Assembly: GCA_964016885.1 (NCBI GenBank)
Contig: OZ024743.1
Span: 181,474,001-181,538,000, forward strand
DNA: 64,000 nt
Reading direction: 5' to 3'
Source of the DNA: Eledone cirrhosa
Taxonomy: Eukaryota
The position numbers were made by a program, and so were the translations under genes. Within the stretch, counting starts at the first letter, position 1. Every line of letters begins with the position of its first letter. Below, one piece after another: positions 27,890 through 40,067 of this stretch. The notes beneath the pieces were generated by a model. The model did not search any database and was not told where the DNA came from. It worked only from the letters and a program-made list of their open reading frames with translations.

Positions 27890-30800
27890 ATTGGTGGTGG
27901 TTTGGTAATTGTGTTGTTGCTGTTGTTGTTGGTGGTGTTGGTTTGGTAATTGTGATGTTTTTGTTGTTGTTGTTATTGGTGGTGCTTTGTTAATTGTGAT
28001 GTAGTTGTTGTTGTTGTTGTTATTGGTGGTGGTTTGGTAATTGTGTTGTTGTTGTTGTTGTTATTGTTGGTGGTTTGGTAATTGTGTTGTTGTTGTTGTT
28101 GTTATTGATGGTGGTTTGGTAATTGTGTTGTTGTTGTTGTTGTCATTGGTGGTGGTTTGGTAATTGTGTTGTTGTTGTTGTTGTTATTGGAGGTGGTTTG
28201 GTAATTATGTTGTTGTTGTTGTTGTTGTTGATATTGGAGGTGGTTTGGTAATTGTGTTGTTGTTGTAGTTGTTATTATTGGTGGTGGTTTGGTAATTGTG
28301 TTGTTGTTGTTGTTATTGGTGGTGGTTTGGTAATTGTGTTGTTGTTGTTGTTGTTATTGGTGGTGGTTTGGTAATTGTGTTGTTGTTGTTGTTATTGGTG
28401 GTGATTTGGTAATTGTGTTGTTGTTGTTGTTGTTATTGATTGTGGTTTGGTAATTGCGTTGTTGTTATTGTTGTTATTATTGGTGGTGGTTTGGTAATTG
28501 TGTTGTTGTTGTTGTTATTATTGGTGGTGGTTTGGTAATTGTGTTGTTGTTGTTGTTGTTGTTGTTGGTGGTGGTTTGGTAATTGTGTTGTTGTTGTTAT
28601 TATTGGTGGTGGTTTGGTAATTGTGTTGTTGTTGTTGTTATTGGTGGTGCTTTGGTAATTAAGTTGTTGTTGTTGTTGTTATTGGTGGTGATTTGGAAAT
28701 AGTGTTGTTGTTGTTGTTGTTGTTATTGGTGGTTTGGTAATTGTGTTGTTGTTGTTGTTATTGGTGGTGGTTTTTTAATTGCGTTGTTGTTGTTGTTGTT
28801 ATTGGTGGAGGTTTGGTAATGGTGTTGTTGTTGTTGTTTTTGTTATTATTGGTGCTGGTTTGGTAATTTTGTTGTTGTTGTTGTTGTTATTGGTGGTGGT
28901 TTGGTAATTGTGTTGTTGTTGTTGTTGTTATTGGTGGTGGTTTGGTAATTGTGTTGTTGTTGTTGTTATTGGTGGTGGTTTGGTAATTGTGTTGTTGTTG
29001 TTGTTATTGGTGGTGGTGTGTTAATTGTGTTGTTGTTGTTGCTGTTATTGGTGGTGGTTTGGTAATTGTCTTTTGTTGTTGTTGTTATTGGTGGTGGTTT
29101 GGTAATTGTGTTGTTGTTGTTGTTGTTATTGGTGGTGGTGTGTTAATTGTGTTGTTGTTGTTGTTGTTGTTGTTATTGGTGGTGGTTTGGTAATTGTGAT
29201 GTTGTTGTTGTTGTTGTTGTTGTTATTGGTGGTGGTTTGGTAATTGTGTTGTTGTTGTTGTTGTTATTGGTGGTGGTTTGGTAATTGTGTTGTTGTTGTT
29301 GTTCTTATTGGTGGTGGTTTGGTAATTGTGTTGTTGCTGTTGTTGTTGGTGGTGGTGATTTGGTAATTGTGTTGTTGCTGTTGTTGTCATTGGTGGTGGT
29401 TTGGTAATTGTGTTGTTGTTGTTGTTATTAGTGGTGGTTTGGTAATTATGTTGTTGTTGTTGTTGTTGATATTGGTGGTGGTTTGGTAATTCTGTTGTTG
29501 TTGTAGTTGTTATTATTTGTGGTGGTTTGGTAATTGTGTTGTTGTTGTTGTTATAGGTGGTGGTTTGGTAATTGTGTTGTTGTTGTTGTTGTTATTATTG
29601 GTGGTGGTTTGGTAATTGTGTTGTTGTTGTTGTTGTTATTGGGGGTGATTTGGAAATAGTGTTGTTGTTGTTGTTGTTATTTGTGGTTTGGTAATTGTGT
29701 TGTTGTTGTTGTTATTGGTGGTGGTTTTGTAATTGTGTTGTTGTTGTTGTTGTTATTGGTGGAGGTTTGGTAATGGTGTTGTTGTTGTTGTTTTTGTTAT
29801 TATTGTTGGTGGTTTGGTAATTTTGTTGTTGTCGTTGTTGTTGTTGTTATTCGTGGTGGTTTGGTGATTGTGTTGTTGTTGTTGTCGTTGTTATTGGTGG
29901 TGGTTTGGTGATTGTGTTGTTGTTGTTGTTGTTGTTATTGGTGGTGGTTTGGTAATTGTGTTGTTGTTGTTGTTATTATTGGTGGTGGTTTGGTAATTGT
30001 GTTGTTGTTGTTGTTATTGGTGGTGGTTTGGTAATTGTGTTGTTGTTGTTGTTGTTATTGGTGGTGGTTTGGTAATTGTGTTGTTGTTGTTGTTATTATT
30101 GGTGGTGATTTGGTAATTGTGTTGATGTTGTTGTTATTGGTGGTGGTTTGGTAATGGTGTGGTTGTTTCGGTTATTGTTATTATTGGTGGTGGTTTGGTA
30201 ATTGTGTTGTTGTCGTTGTTGTTGTTGTTATTGGTGGTGGTTTGGTAATTGTGTTGTTGTTTTTGTTGTTGTTGTTGTTGTTATTGGTGGTGGTTTGGTA
30301 ATTGTGTTCTTGTTGTTGTTATTATTGGTGGTGGTTTGGTAATTGTGTTGTTGTTGTTGTTGTTATTGGTGGTGGTTTGGTAATTGTGTTGATGTTGTTG
30401 TTATTGGTGGTGGTTTGGTAATGGTGTTGTTGTTTTTGTTATTGTTATTATTGGTGGTGGTTTGGTAATTGTGTTGTTGTCGTTGTTGTTGTTGTTATTG
30501 CTGGTGGTTTGGTAATTGTGTTGTTGTTTGTCTTGTTGTTGTTGTTGTTATTGGTGGTGGTTTGGTAATTGTGTTGTTGTTGTTGTTATTATTGGTGGTG
30601 ATTTGGTAATTGTGTTGATGTTGTTGTTATTGGTGGTGGTTTGGTAATTGTGTTGATGTTGTTGTTATTGGTGGCGGTTTGGTAATGGTGTTGTTGTTTT
30701 TGTTATTGTTATTATTGGTGGTGGTTTGGTAATTGTGTTGTTGTCCTTGTTGTTGTTGTTATTGGTGGTGGTTTGGTAATTGTGTTGTTGTTTTTGTTGT

Positions 30801-32420
30801 TGTTGTTGTTGTTGTTATTGGTGGTGGTTTGGTAATTGTGTTGTTGTTGTTGTTATTATTGGTGGTGGTTTGGTAATTGTGTTGTTGTTGTTGTTATTGG
30901 TGGTGGTTTGGTAATTGTGTTGATGTTGTTGTTATTGGTGGTGGTTTGGTAATTGTGTTGTTGTTGTTGTTATTATTGGTGGTGGTTTGGTGATTGTGTT
31001 GTTGTTGTTGTTATTAATGGTGGTGGTTTGGTAATTGTGTTGTTGTTGTTGTTGTTGTTATTGGGGTGGTTTGGTAATTGTGTTGTTGTTGTTGTTATTA
31101 TTGGTGGTGGTTTGGTAATTGTGTTGTTGTTGTTGTTATTATTGGTGGTGGTTTGGTAATTGTGTTGTTGTTGTTGTTATTATTGGTGGTGGTTTGGTAA
31201 TTGTGTTGTTGTTGTTGTTATTATTGGTGGTGGTTTGGTGATTGTGTTGTTGTTGTTGTTGTTGTTATTGGTGGTGGTTTGGTAATTGTGTTGTTGTTGT
31301 TGTTATTATTGGTGGTGGTTTGGTAATTGTGTTGTTGTTGTTGTTATTATTGGTGGTGGTTTGGTAATTGTGTTGTTGTTGTTGTTATTGGTGGTGGTTT
31401 GGTAATTGTGTTGATGCTGTTGTTATTGGTGGTGGTTTGGTAATTGTGTTGTTGTTGTTGTTATTATTGGTGGTGGTTTGGTAATTGTGTTGTTGTTGTT
31501 GTTATTGGTGGTGGTTTGGTAATTGTGTTGTTGTTGTTGTTGTTGTTATTGAGGTGGTTTGGTAATTGTGTTGTTGTTGTTGTTATTATTGGTGGTGGTT
31601 TGGTAATTGTGTTGTTGTTGTTGTTATTATTGGTGGTGGTTTGGTAATTGTGTTTTTGTTGTTGTTGTTATTATTGGTGGTGGTTTGGTAATTGTGTTGT
31701 TGTTGTTGTTGTTATTGGTGGTGGTTTGGTAATTGTGTTGTTGTTGTTGTTATTATTGGTGGTGGTTTGGTAATTGTGTTGTTGTTGTTGTTGTTATTGG
31801 TGGTGGTTTGCTAATTGTGTTGTTGTTGTTGTTGTTATTGGTGGTGGTTTGGTGATTTTGTTGTTGTTGTTGTTGTTATTGGTGGTGGTTTTGTAATTGT
31901 GTTGTTGTTGTTGTTATTATTGATGGTGGTTTGGTAATTGTGTTGTTGTTGTTGTTGTTGTTATTGGTGGTGGTTTGGTAATTGTGTTGTTGTTGTTGTT
32001 ATTATTGGTGGTGGTTTGGTAATTGTGTCGTTGTTGTTGTTGTTATTGGTGGTGGTTTTGTGATTGTGTTGTTGTTGTTGTTGTTATTGGTGGTGGTTCG
32101 GTAATTGTGTTGTTGTTCTTGTTGTTGTTGTTGTTGTTATTGGTGGAGGTTTGGTAATTGTGTTGTTTTTTTGTTGTTGTTGTTGTTGTTATTGGTGGTG
32201 GTTTGGTAATTTTGTTGTTGTTGGTGTTGTTGTTATTGGTGGTGGTTTGGTAATTGTGTTGTTGTTGTTGTTATTGGTGGTGGTTTGGTAATTGTGTTGT
32301 TGTTGTTGTTATTGGTGGTGGTTTGGTAATTGTGTTGTTGGTGTTGTTGTTATTGGTGGTGGTGTGTTAATTGTGTTGTTGTTGTTGTTGTTGTTATTGG
32401 TGGTGGTTTGGTAATTGTGA

Positions 32421-32466
<46 letters not shown>

Positions 32467-35400
32467 ATTGGTGGTGGTTTGGTAATTGTGTTGTTGCTGT
32501 TGTTGTTGGTGGTGTTGGTTTGGTAATTGTGATGTTTTTGTTGTTGTTGTTATTGGTGGTGCTTTGTTAATTGTGATGTAGTTGTTGTTGTTGTTGTTAT
32601 TGGTGGTGGTTTGGTAATTGTGTTGTTGTTGTTGTTGTTATTGTTGGTGGTTTGGTAATTGTGTTGTTGTTGTTGTTGTTATTGATGGTGGTTTGGTAAT
32701 TGTGTTGTTGTTGTTGTTGTCATTGGTGGTGGTTTGGTAATTGTGTTGTTGTTGTTGTTGTTATTGGAGGTGGTTTGGTAATTATGTTGTTGTTGTTGTT
32801 GTTGTTGATATTGGAGGTGGTTTGGTAATTGTGTTGTTGTTGTAGTTGTTATTATTGGTGGTGGTTTGGTAATTGTGTTGTTGTTGTTGTTATTGGTGGT
32901 GGTTTGGTAATTGTGTTGTTGTTGTTGTTGTTATTGGTGGTGGTTTGGTAATTGTGTTGTTGTTGTTGTTATTGGTGGTGATTTGGTAATTGTGTTGTTG
33001 TTGTTGTTGTTATTGATTGTGGTTTGGTAATTGCGTTGTTGTTATTGTTGTTATTATTGGTGGTGGTTTGGTAATTGTGTTGTTGTTGTTGTTATTATTG
33101 GTGGTGGTTTGGTAATTGTGTTGTTGTTGTTGTTGTTGTTGTTGGTGGTGGTTTGGTAATTGTGTTGTTGTTGTTATTATTGGTGGTGGTTTGGTAATTG
33201 TGTTGTTGTTGTTGTTATTGGTGGTGCTTTGGTAATTAAGTTGTTGTTGTTGTTGTTATTGGTGGTGATTTGGAAATAGTGTTGTTGTTGTTGTTGTTGT
33301 TATTGGTGGTTTGGTAATTGTGTTGTTGTTGTTGTTATTGGTGGTGGTTTTTTAATTGCGTTGTTGTTGTTGTTGTTATTGGTGGAGGTTTGGTAATGGT
33401 GTTGTTGTTGTTGTTTTTGTTATTATTGGTGCTGGTTTGGTAATTTTGTTGTTGTTGTTGTTGTTATTGGTGGTGGTTTGGTAATTGTGTTGTTGTTGTT
33501 GTTGTTATTGGTGGTGGTTTGGTAATTGTGTTGTTGTTGTTGTTATTGGTGGTGGTTTGGTAATTGTGTTGTTGTTGTTGTTATTGGTGGTGGTGTGTTA
33601 ATTGTGTTGTTGTTGTTGCTGTTATTGGTGGTGGTTTGGTAATTGTCTTTTGTTGTTGTTGTTATTGGTGGTGGTTTGGTAATTGTGTTGTTGTTGTTGT
33701 TGTTATTGGTGGTGGTGTGTTAATTGTGTTGTTGTTGTTGTTGTTGTTGTTATTGGTGGTGGTTTGGTAATTGTGATGTTGTTGTTGTTGTTGTTGTTGT
33801 TATTGGTGGTGGTTTGGTAATTGTGTTGTTGTTGTTGTTGTTATTGGTGGTGGTTTGGTAATTGTGTTGTTGTTGTTGTTCTTATTGGTGGTGGTTTGGT
33901 AATTGTGTTGTTGCTGTTGTTGTTGGTGGTGGTGATTTGGTAATTGTGTTGTTGCTGTTGTTGTCATTGGTGGTGGTTTGGTAATTGTGTTGTTGTTGTT
34001 GTTATTAGTGGTGGTTTGGTAATTATGTTGTTGTTGTTGTTGTTGATATTGGTGGTGGTTTGGTAATTCTGTTGTTGTTGTAGTTGTTATTATTTGTGGT
34101 GGTTTGGTAATTGTGTTGTTGTTGTTGTTATAGGTGGTGGTTTGGTAATTGTGTTGTTGTTGTTGTTGTTATTATTGGTGGTGGTTTGGTAATTGTGTTG
34201 TTGTTGTTGTTGTTATTGGGGGTGATTTGGAAATAGTGTTGTTGTTGTTGTTGTTATTTGTGGTTTGGTAATTGTGTTGTTGTTGTTGTTATTGGTGGTG
34301 GTTTTGTAATTGTGTTGTTGTTGTTGTTGTTATTGGTGGAGGTTTGGTAATGGTGTTGTTGTTGTTGTTTTTGTTATTATTGTTGGTGGTTTGGTAATTT
34401 TGTTGTTGTCGTTGTTGTTGTTGTTATTCGTGGTGGTTTGGTGATTGTGTTGTTGTTGTTGTCGTTGTTATTGGTGGTGGTTTGGTGATTGTGTTGTTGT
34501 TGTTGTTGTTGTTATTGGTGGTGGTTTGGTAATTGTGTTGTTGTTGTTGTTATTATTGGTGGTGGTTTGGTAATTGTGTTGTTGTTGTTGTTATTGGTGG
34601 TGGTTTGGTAATTGTGTTGTTGTTGTTGTTGTTATTGGTGGTGGTTTGGTAATTGTGTTGTTGTTGTTGTTATTATTGGTGGTGATTTGGTAATTGTGTT
34701 GATGTTGTTGTTATTGGTGGTGGTTTGGTAATGGTGTGGTTGTTTCGGTTATTGTTATTATTGGTGGTGGTTTGGTAATTGTGTTGTTGTCGTTGTTGTT
34801 GTTGTTATTGGTGGTGGTTTGGTAATTGTGTTGTTGTTTTTGTTGTTGTTGTTGTTGTTATTGGTGGTGGTTTGGTAATTGTGTTCTTGTTGTTGTTATT
34901 ATTGGTGGTGGTTTGGTAATTGTGTTGTTGTTGTTGTTGTTATTGGTGGTGGTTTGGTAATTGTGTTGATGTTGTTGTTATTGGTGGTGGTTTGGTAATG
35001 GTGTTGTTGTTTTTGTTATTGTTATTATTGGTGGTGGTTTGGTAATTGTGTTGTTGTCGTTGTTGTTGTTGTTATTGCTGGTGGTTTGGTAATTGTGTTG
35101 TTGTTTGTCTTGTTGTTGTTGTTGTTATTGGTGGTGGTTTGGTAATTGTGTTGTTGTTGTTGTTATTATTGGTGGTGATTTGGTAATTGTGTTGATGTTG
35201 TTGTTATTGGTGGTGGTTTGGTAATTGTGTTGATGTTGTTGTTATTGGTGGCGGTTTGGTAATGGTGTTGTTGTTTTTGTTATTGTTATTATTGGTGGTG
35301 GTTTGGTAATTGTGTTGTTGTCCTTGTTGTTGTTGTTATTGGTGGTGGTTTGGTAATTGTGTTGTTGTTTTTGTTGTTGTTGTTGTTGTTGTTATTGGTG

Positions 35401-36260
35401 GTGGTTTGGTAATTGTGTTGTTGTTGTTGTTATTATTGGTGGTGGTTTGGTAATTGTGTTGTTGTTGTTGTTATTGGTGGTGGTTTGGTAATTGTGTTGA
35501 TGTTGTTGTTATTGGTGGTGGTTTGGTAATTGTGTTGTTGTTGTTGTTATTATTGGTGGTGGTTTGGTGATTGTGTTGTTGTTGTTGTTATTAATGGTGG
35601 TGGTTTGGTAATTGTGTTGTTGTTGTTGTTGTTGTTATTGGGGTGGTTTGGTAATTGTGTTGTTGTTGTTGTTATTATTGGTGGTGGTTTGGTAATTGTG
35701 TTGTTGTTGTTGTTATTATTGGTGGTGGTTTGGTAATTGTGTTGTTGTTGTTGTTATTATTGGTGGTGGTTTGGTAATTGTGTTGTTGTTGTTGTTATTA
35801 TTGGTGGTGGTTTGGTGATTGTGTTGTTGTTGTTGTTGTTGTTATTGGTGGTGGTTTGGTAATTGTGTTGTTGTTGTTGTTATTATTGGTGGTGGTTTGG
35901 TAATTGTGTTGTTGTTGTTGTTATTATTGGTGGTGGTTTGGTAATTGTGTTGTTGTTGTTGTTATTGGTGGTGGTTTGGTAATTGTGTTGATGCTGTTGT
36001 TATTGGTGGTGGTTTGGTAATTGTGTTGTTGTTGTTGTTATTATTGGTGGTGGTTTGGTAATTGTGTTGTTGTTGTTGTTATTGGTGGTGGTTTGGTAAT
36101 TGTGTTGTTGTTGTTGTTGTTGTTATTGAGGTGGTTTGGTAATTGTGTTGTTGTTGTTGTTATTATTGGTGGTGGTTTGGTAATTGTGTTGTTGTTGTTG
36201 TTATTATTGGTGGTGGTTTGGTAATTGTGTTTTTGTTGTTGTTGTTGTTATTGGTGGTGG
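27072..36260 (+). repeat. Near-perfect 4.57-kb tandem duplication (27,072-31,645 and 31,646-~36,222)
   Basis: ORF pairs 27490/32064 (offset 4574) and 28987/33564, 30953/35530, 31444/36021 (all 4577). TTTGCT with C at 27237 and 31811. Many private variants are shared (AATTAAG, GGAAATAG, ATTCGTGG). Confidence 0.95.
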
Positions 36261-36944
36261 TTTGGTAATTGTGTTGTTGTTGTTGTTATTATTGGTGGTG
36301 GTTTGGTAATTGTGTTGTTGTTGTTGTTATTATTGGTGGTGGTTTGGTGATTGTGTTGTTGTTGTTGTTGTTGTTATTGGTGGTGGTTTGGTAATTGTGT
36401 TGTTGTTGTTGTTATTATTGGTGGTGGTTTGGTGATTGTGTTGTTGTTGTTATTATTGGTGGTGGTTTGGTAATTGTGTTGTTGTTGTTGTTGTTATTGT
36501 TGGAGGTGGTTTGGTAATTGTGTTGTTGTTGTTGTTGTTGTTATTGGTGGTGGTTTGGTAATTGTGTTGTTGTTGTTGTTATTATTGGTGGTGGTTTGGT
36601 AATTGTGTTGTTGTTGTTGTTGTTGTTGTTATTGGTGGTGGTTTAGTAATTGTGTTGTTGTTGTTGTTGTTGTTGTTATTGGGGTGGTTTGGTAATTGTG
36701 TTGTTGTTGTTGTTATTATTGGTGGTGGTTTGGTAATTGTGTTGTTGTTGTTGTTATTATTGGTGGTGGTTTGGTAATTGTGTTTTTGTTGTTGTTGTTG
36801 TTATTGGTGGTGGTTTGGTAATTGTGTTGTTGTTGTTGTTATTATTGGTGGTGGTTTGGTAATTGTGTTGTTGTTGTTGTTATTGGTGGTGGTTTGGTAA
36901 TTGTGTTGTTGTTGTTGTTATTATTGGTGGTGGTTTGGTAATTG

Positions 36945-36978
<34 letters not shown>

Positions 36979-39900
36979 ATTGGTGGTGGTTTGGTAATTA
37001 TGTTGTTGTTGTTGTTATTGGTGGAGGTTTGGTAATTGTGTTGCTGTTGTTGTTGTTATTGGCGGTGGTTTGGTGATTGTGTTGTTGTTGTTGTTGTTAT
37101 TGGTGGTGGTTTGGTAATTGTGTTGTTGTTGTTGTTATTATTGGTGGTGGTTTGGTAATTGTGTTGTTGTTGTTGTTGTTATTGGTGGTGGTTTGGTAAT
37201 TGTGTTGATGTTGTTGTTGTTGTTGTTGTTGTTATTAGTGGCGTTTGGTAATTGTGTTGTGTTGTTATTGGTGGTGGTTTGCTAATTGTGTTGTTGTTGT
37301 TGTTGTTGTTATTGGTGGTGGTTTGGTAATTGTGTTGTTGTTGTTGTTGTTGTTATTGGTGGTGGTTTGGTAATTGTGTTGTTGTTGTTATTATTGGTGG
37401 TGGTTTGGTAATTGTGTTGTTGTTGTTGTTGTTATTGGTGGTGGTTTGGTAATTGTCTTTTGTTGTTGTTGTTATTGGTGGTGGTTTGGTAATTGTGTTG
37501 TTGTGGTTGTTGTTGTTGTTGTTATTATTGGTGGTGGTGTGTTAATTGTGTTGTTGTTGTTGTTGTTATTGGTGGTGGTTTGGTAATTGTGATGTTGTTG
37601 TTGTTATTGGTGGTGGTTTGTTAATTGTGATGTTTTTGTTGTTGTTGTTGTTATTGGTGGTGGGTTGGTAATTGTGTAGTTGTTGTTGTTGTTATTGTTA
37701 TTGTTGGTGTTTTGGTAATTGTGTTGTTGTTGTTGTTGTTGTTGTTATTGATGGTGGTTTGGTAATTGTGTTGTTGTTGTTGTGGTTATTGTTGGTGGTT
37801 TCGTAATTGTGTTGTTGTTGTTGTTGTTATTGGTGGTGATTTGGTAATTGTGTTGTTGTTGTTGTTGTTATTGGTGGTGATTTGTTAATTGTGTTGTTGT
37901 TGTTGTTATTATTGGTGGTGGTTTGGTAATTGTGTTGTTGTTGTTATTATTGCTGGTGGTTTGGTAATTGTGTTGTTGTTGTTGTTGTTATTGGTGGTGA
38001 TTTGGTAATTGTGTTGTTGTTGTTGTTGTTATTGGTGGTGGTTTGGTAATTGTGTTGTTGTTGTTGTTGTTGTTATTGGTGGTGATTTGGTAATTGTGTT
38101 GTTGTTGTTGTTATTGGTGGTGATTTGGTAATTATGTTGTTGTTGTTATTATTGGTGGTGGTTTGGTAATTGTGTTGTTGTTGTTGTTATTATTGGTGGT
38201 GGTTTGGTAATTGTGTTGTTGTTGTTGTTGTTGTTATTGGTGGAGGTTTGGTAATTGTGTCGTTGTTGTTGTTGTTATTGGTGGTGGTTTGGTAATTGTG
38301 TTGTTGTTGTTGTTGTTGTTATTGTTGGTGATATGGTAATTGTGTTGTTGTTGTTGTTGTTGTTGTTATTGGTGGTGGTTTGGTAATTGTGTTGTTGTTG
38401 TTGTTATTGGTGGAGGTTTGGTAATTGTGTTGTTGTTGTTATTGTTGTTGTTATTGGTGGTGCTTTGGTAATTGTGTTGTTGTTGTTGTTGTTGTTATTG
38501 GTGGTGATTTGGTAATTGTGTTGTTGTTGTTGTTGTTATTGGTGGTGGTTTGGTAATTGTGTTGTTGTTGTTGTTGTTGTTATTGGTGGTGGTTTGGTAA
38601 TTGTGTTGTTGTTGTTGTTGTTGTTATTGGTGGTGATTTGGTAATTATGTTGTTGTTGTTGTTATTATTGGTGGTGGTTTGGTAATTGTGTTGTTGTTGT
38701 TGTTATTATTGGTGGTGGTTTGGTAATTGTGTTGTTGTTGTTGGTATTATTGGTGGTGGTTTGGTAATTGTGTCGTTGTTGTTGTTGTTGTTATTGGTGG
38801 TGATTTGGTAATTATGTTGTTGTTGTTGTTATTATTGGTGGTGGTTTGGTAATTGTGTTGTTGTTGTTGTTATTATTGGTGGTGGTTTGGTAATTGTGTT
38901 GTTGTTGTTGTTGTTGTTATTGGTGGAGGTTTGGTAATTGTGTCGTTGTTGTTGTTGTTATCGGTGGTGGTTCGGTAATTGTGTTGTTGTTGTTGTTATT
39001 GGTGGTGGTTTGGTAATTGTGTTGTTGTTGTTGTTATTGGTGGAGGTTTGGTAATTGTGTTGTTGTTGTTGTTGTTGTTATTGGTGGTGATTTGGTAATT
39101 GTGTTGTTGTTGTTGTTGTTATTGGTGGTGATTTGGTAATTGTGTTGTTGTTGTTGTTATTATTGGTGGTGGTTTGGTAATTGTATTGTTGTTGTTATTG
39201 GTGGAGGTTTGGTGATTGTGTTGTTGTTGTTGTTGTTATTGGTGGTGGTTTGGTAATTGTGTTTTTGTTGTTGTTATTATTGGTGGTGGTTTGGTAATTG
39301 TGTTGTTGTTGTTGTTGTTATTGGTGGTGGTTTGGTAATTGTGTTGATGTTGTTGTTATTGGTGGTGGTTTGGTGATTGTGTTGTTGTTGTTGTTGTTAT
39401 TGGTGGTGGTTTGGTAATTGTGTTGTTGTTGTTGTTATTATTGGTGGTGATTTGGTAATTGTGTTGTTGTTGTTGTTGTTATTGGTGGTGGTTTGGTAAT
39501 TGTGTTGTTGTTGTTGTTGTTATTGGTGGTGGTTTGGTAATTGTGTTGATTTTGTTGTTATTGGTGGTGGTTTGGTAATGGTGTTGTTGTTTCGGTTATT
39601 GTTATTATTGGTGGTGGTTTGGTAATTGTGTTGTTGTCGTTGTTGTTGTTGTTATTGGTGGTGGTTTGGTAATTGTGTTGTTGTTTTTGTTGCTGTTGTT
39701 GTTGTTATTGGTGGTGGTTTGGTAATTGTGTTCTTGCTGTTGTTATTATTGGTGGTGGTTTGGTAATTGTGTTGTTGTTGTTGTTGTTATTGGTGGTGGT
39801 TTGGTAATTGTGTTGTTGTTTGTCTTGTTGTTGTTGTTATTGGTGGTGGTTTGGTAATTGTGTTGTTGTTGTTGTTATTATTGGTGGTGGTGTGTTAATT

Positions 39901-40036
39901 GCGTTGTTGTTGTTGTTGTTATTGGTGGTGGTTTGGTAATTGTGATGTTGTTGTTGTTGTTGTTGTTATTGGTGGTGGTTTGTTAATTGTGATGTTTTTG
40001 TTGTTGTTGTTGTTATTGGTGGTGGTTTGGTAATTG

Positions 40037-40067
<31 letters not shown>

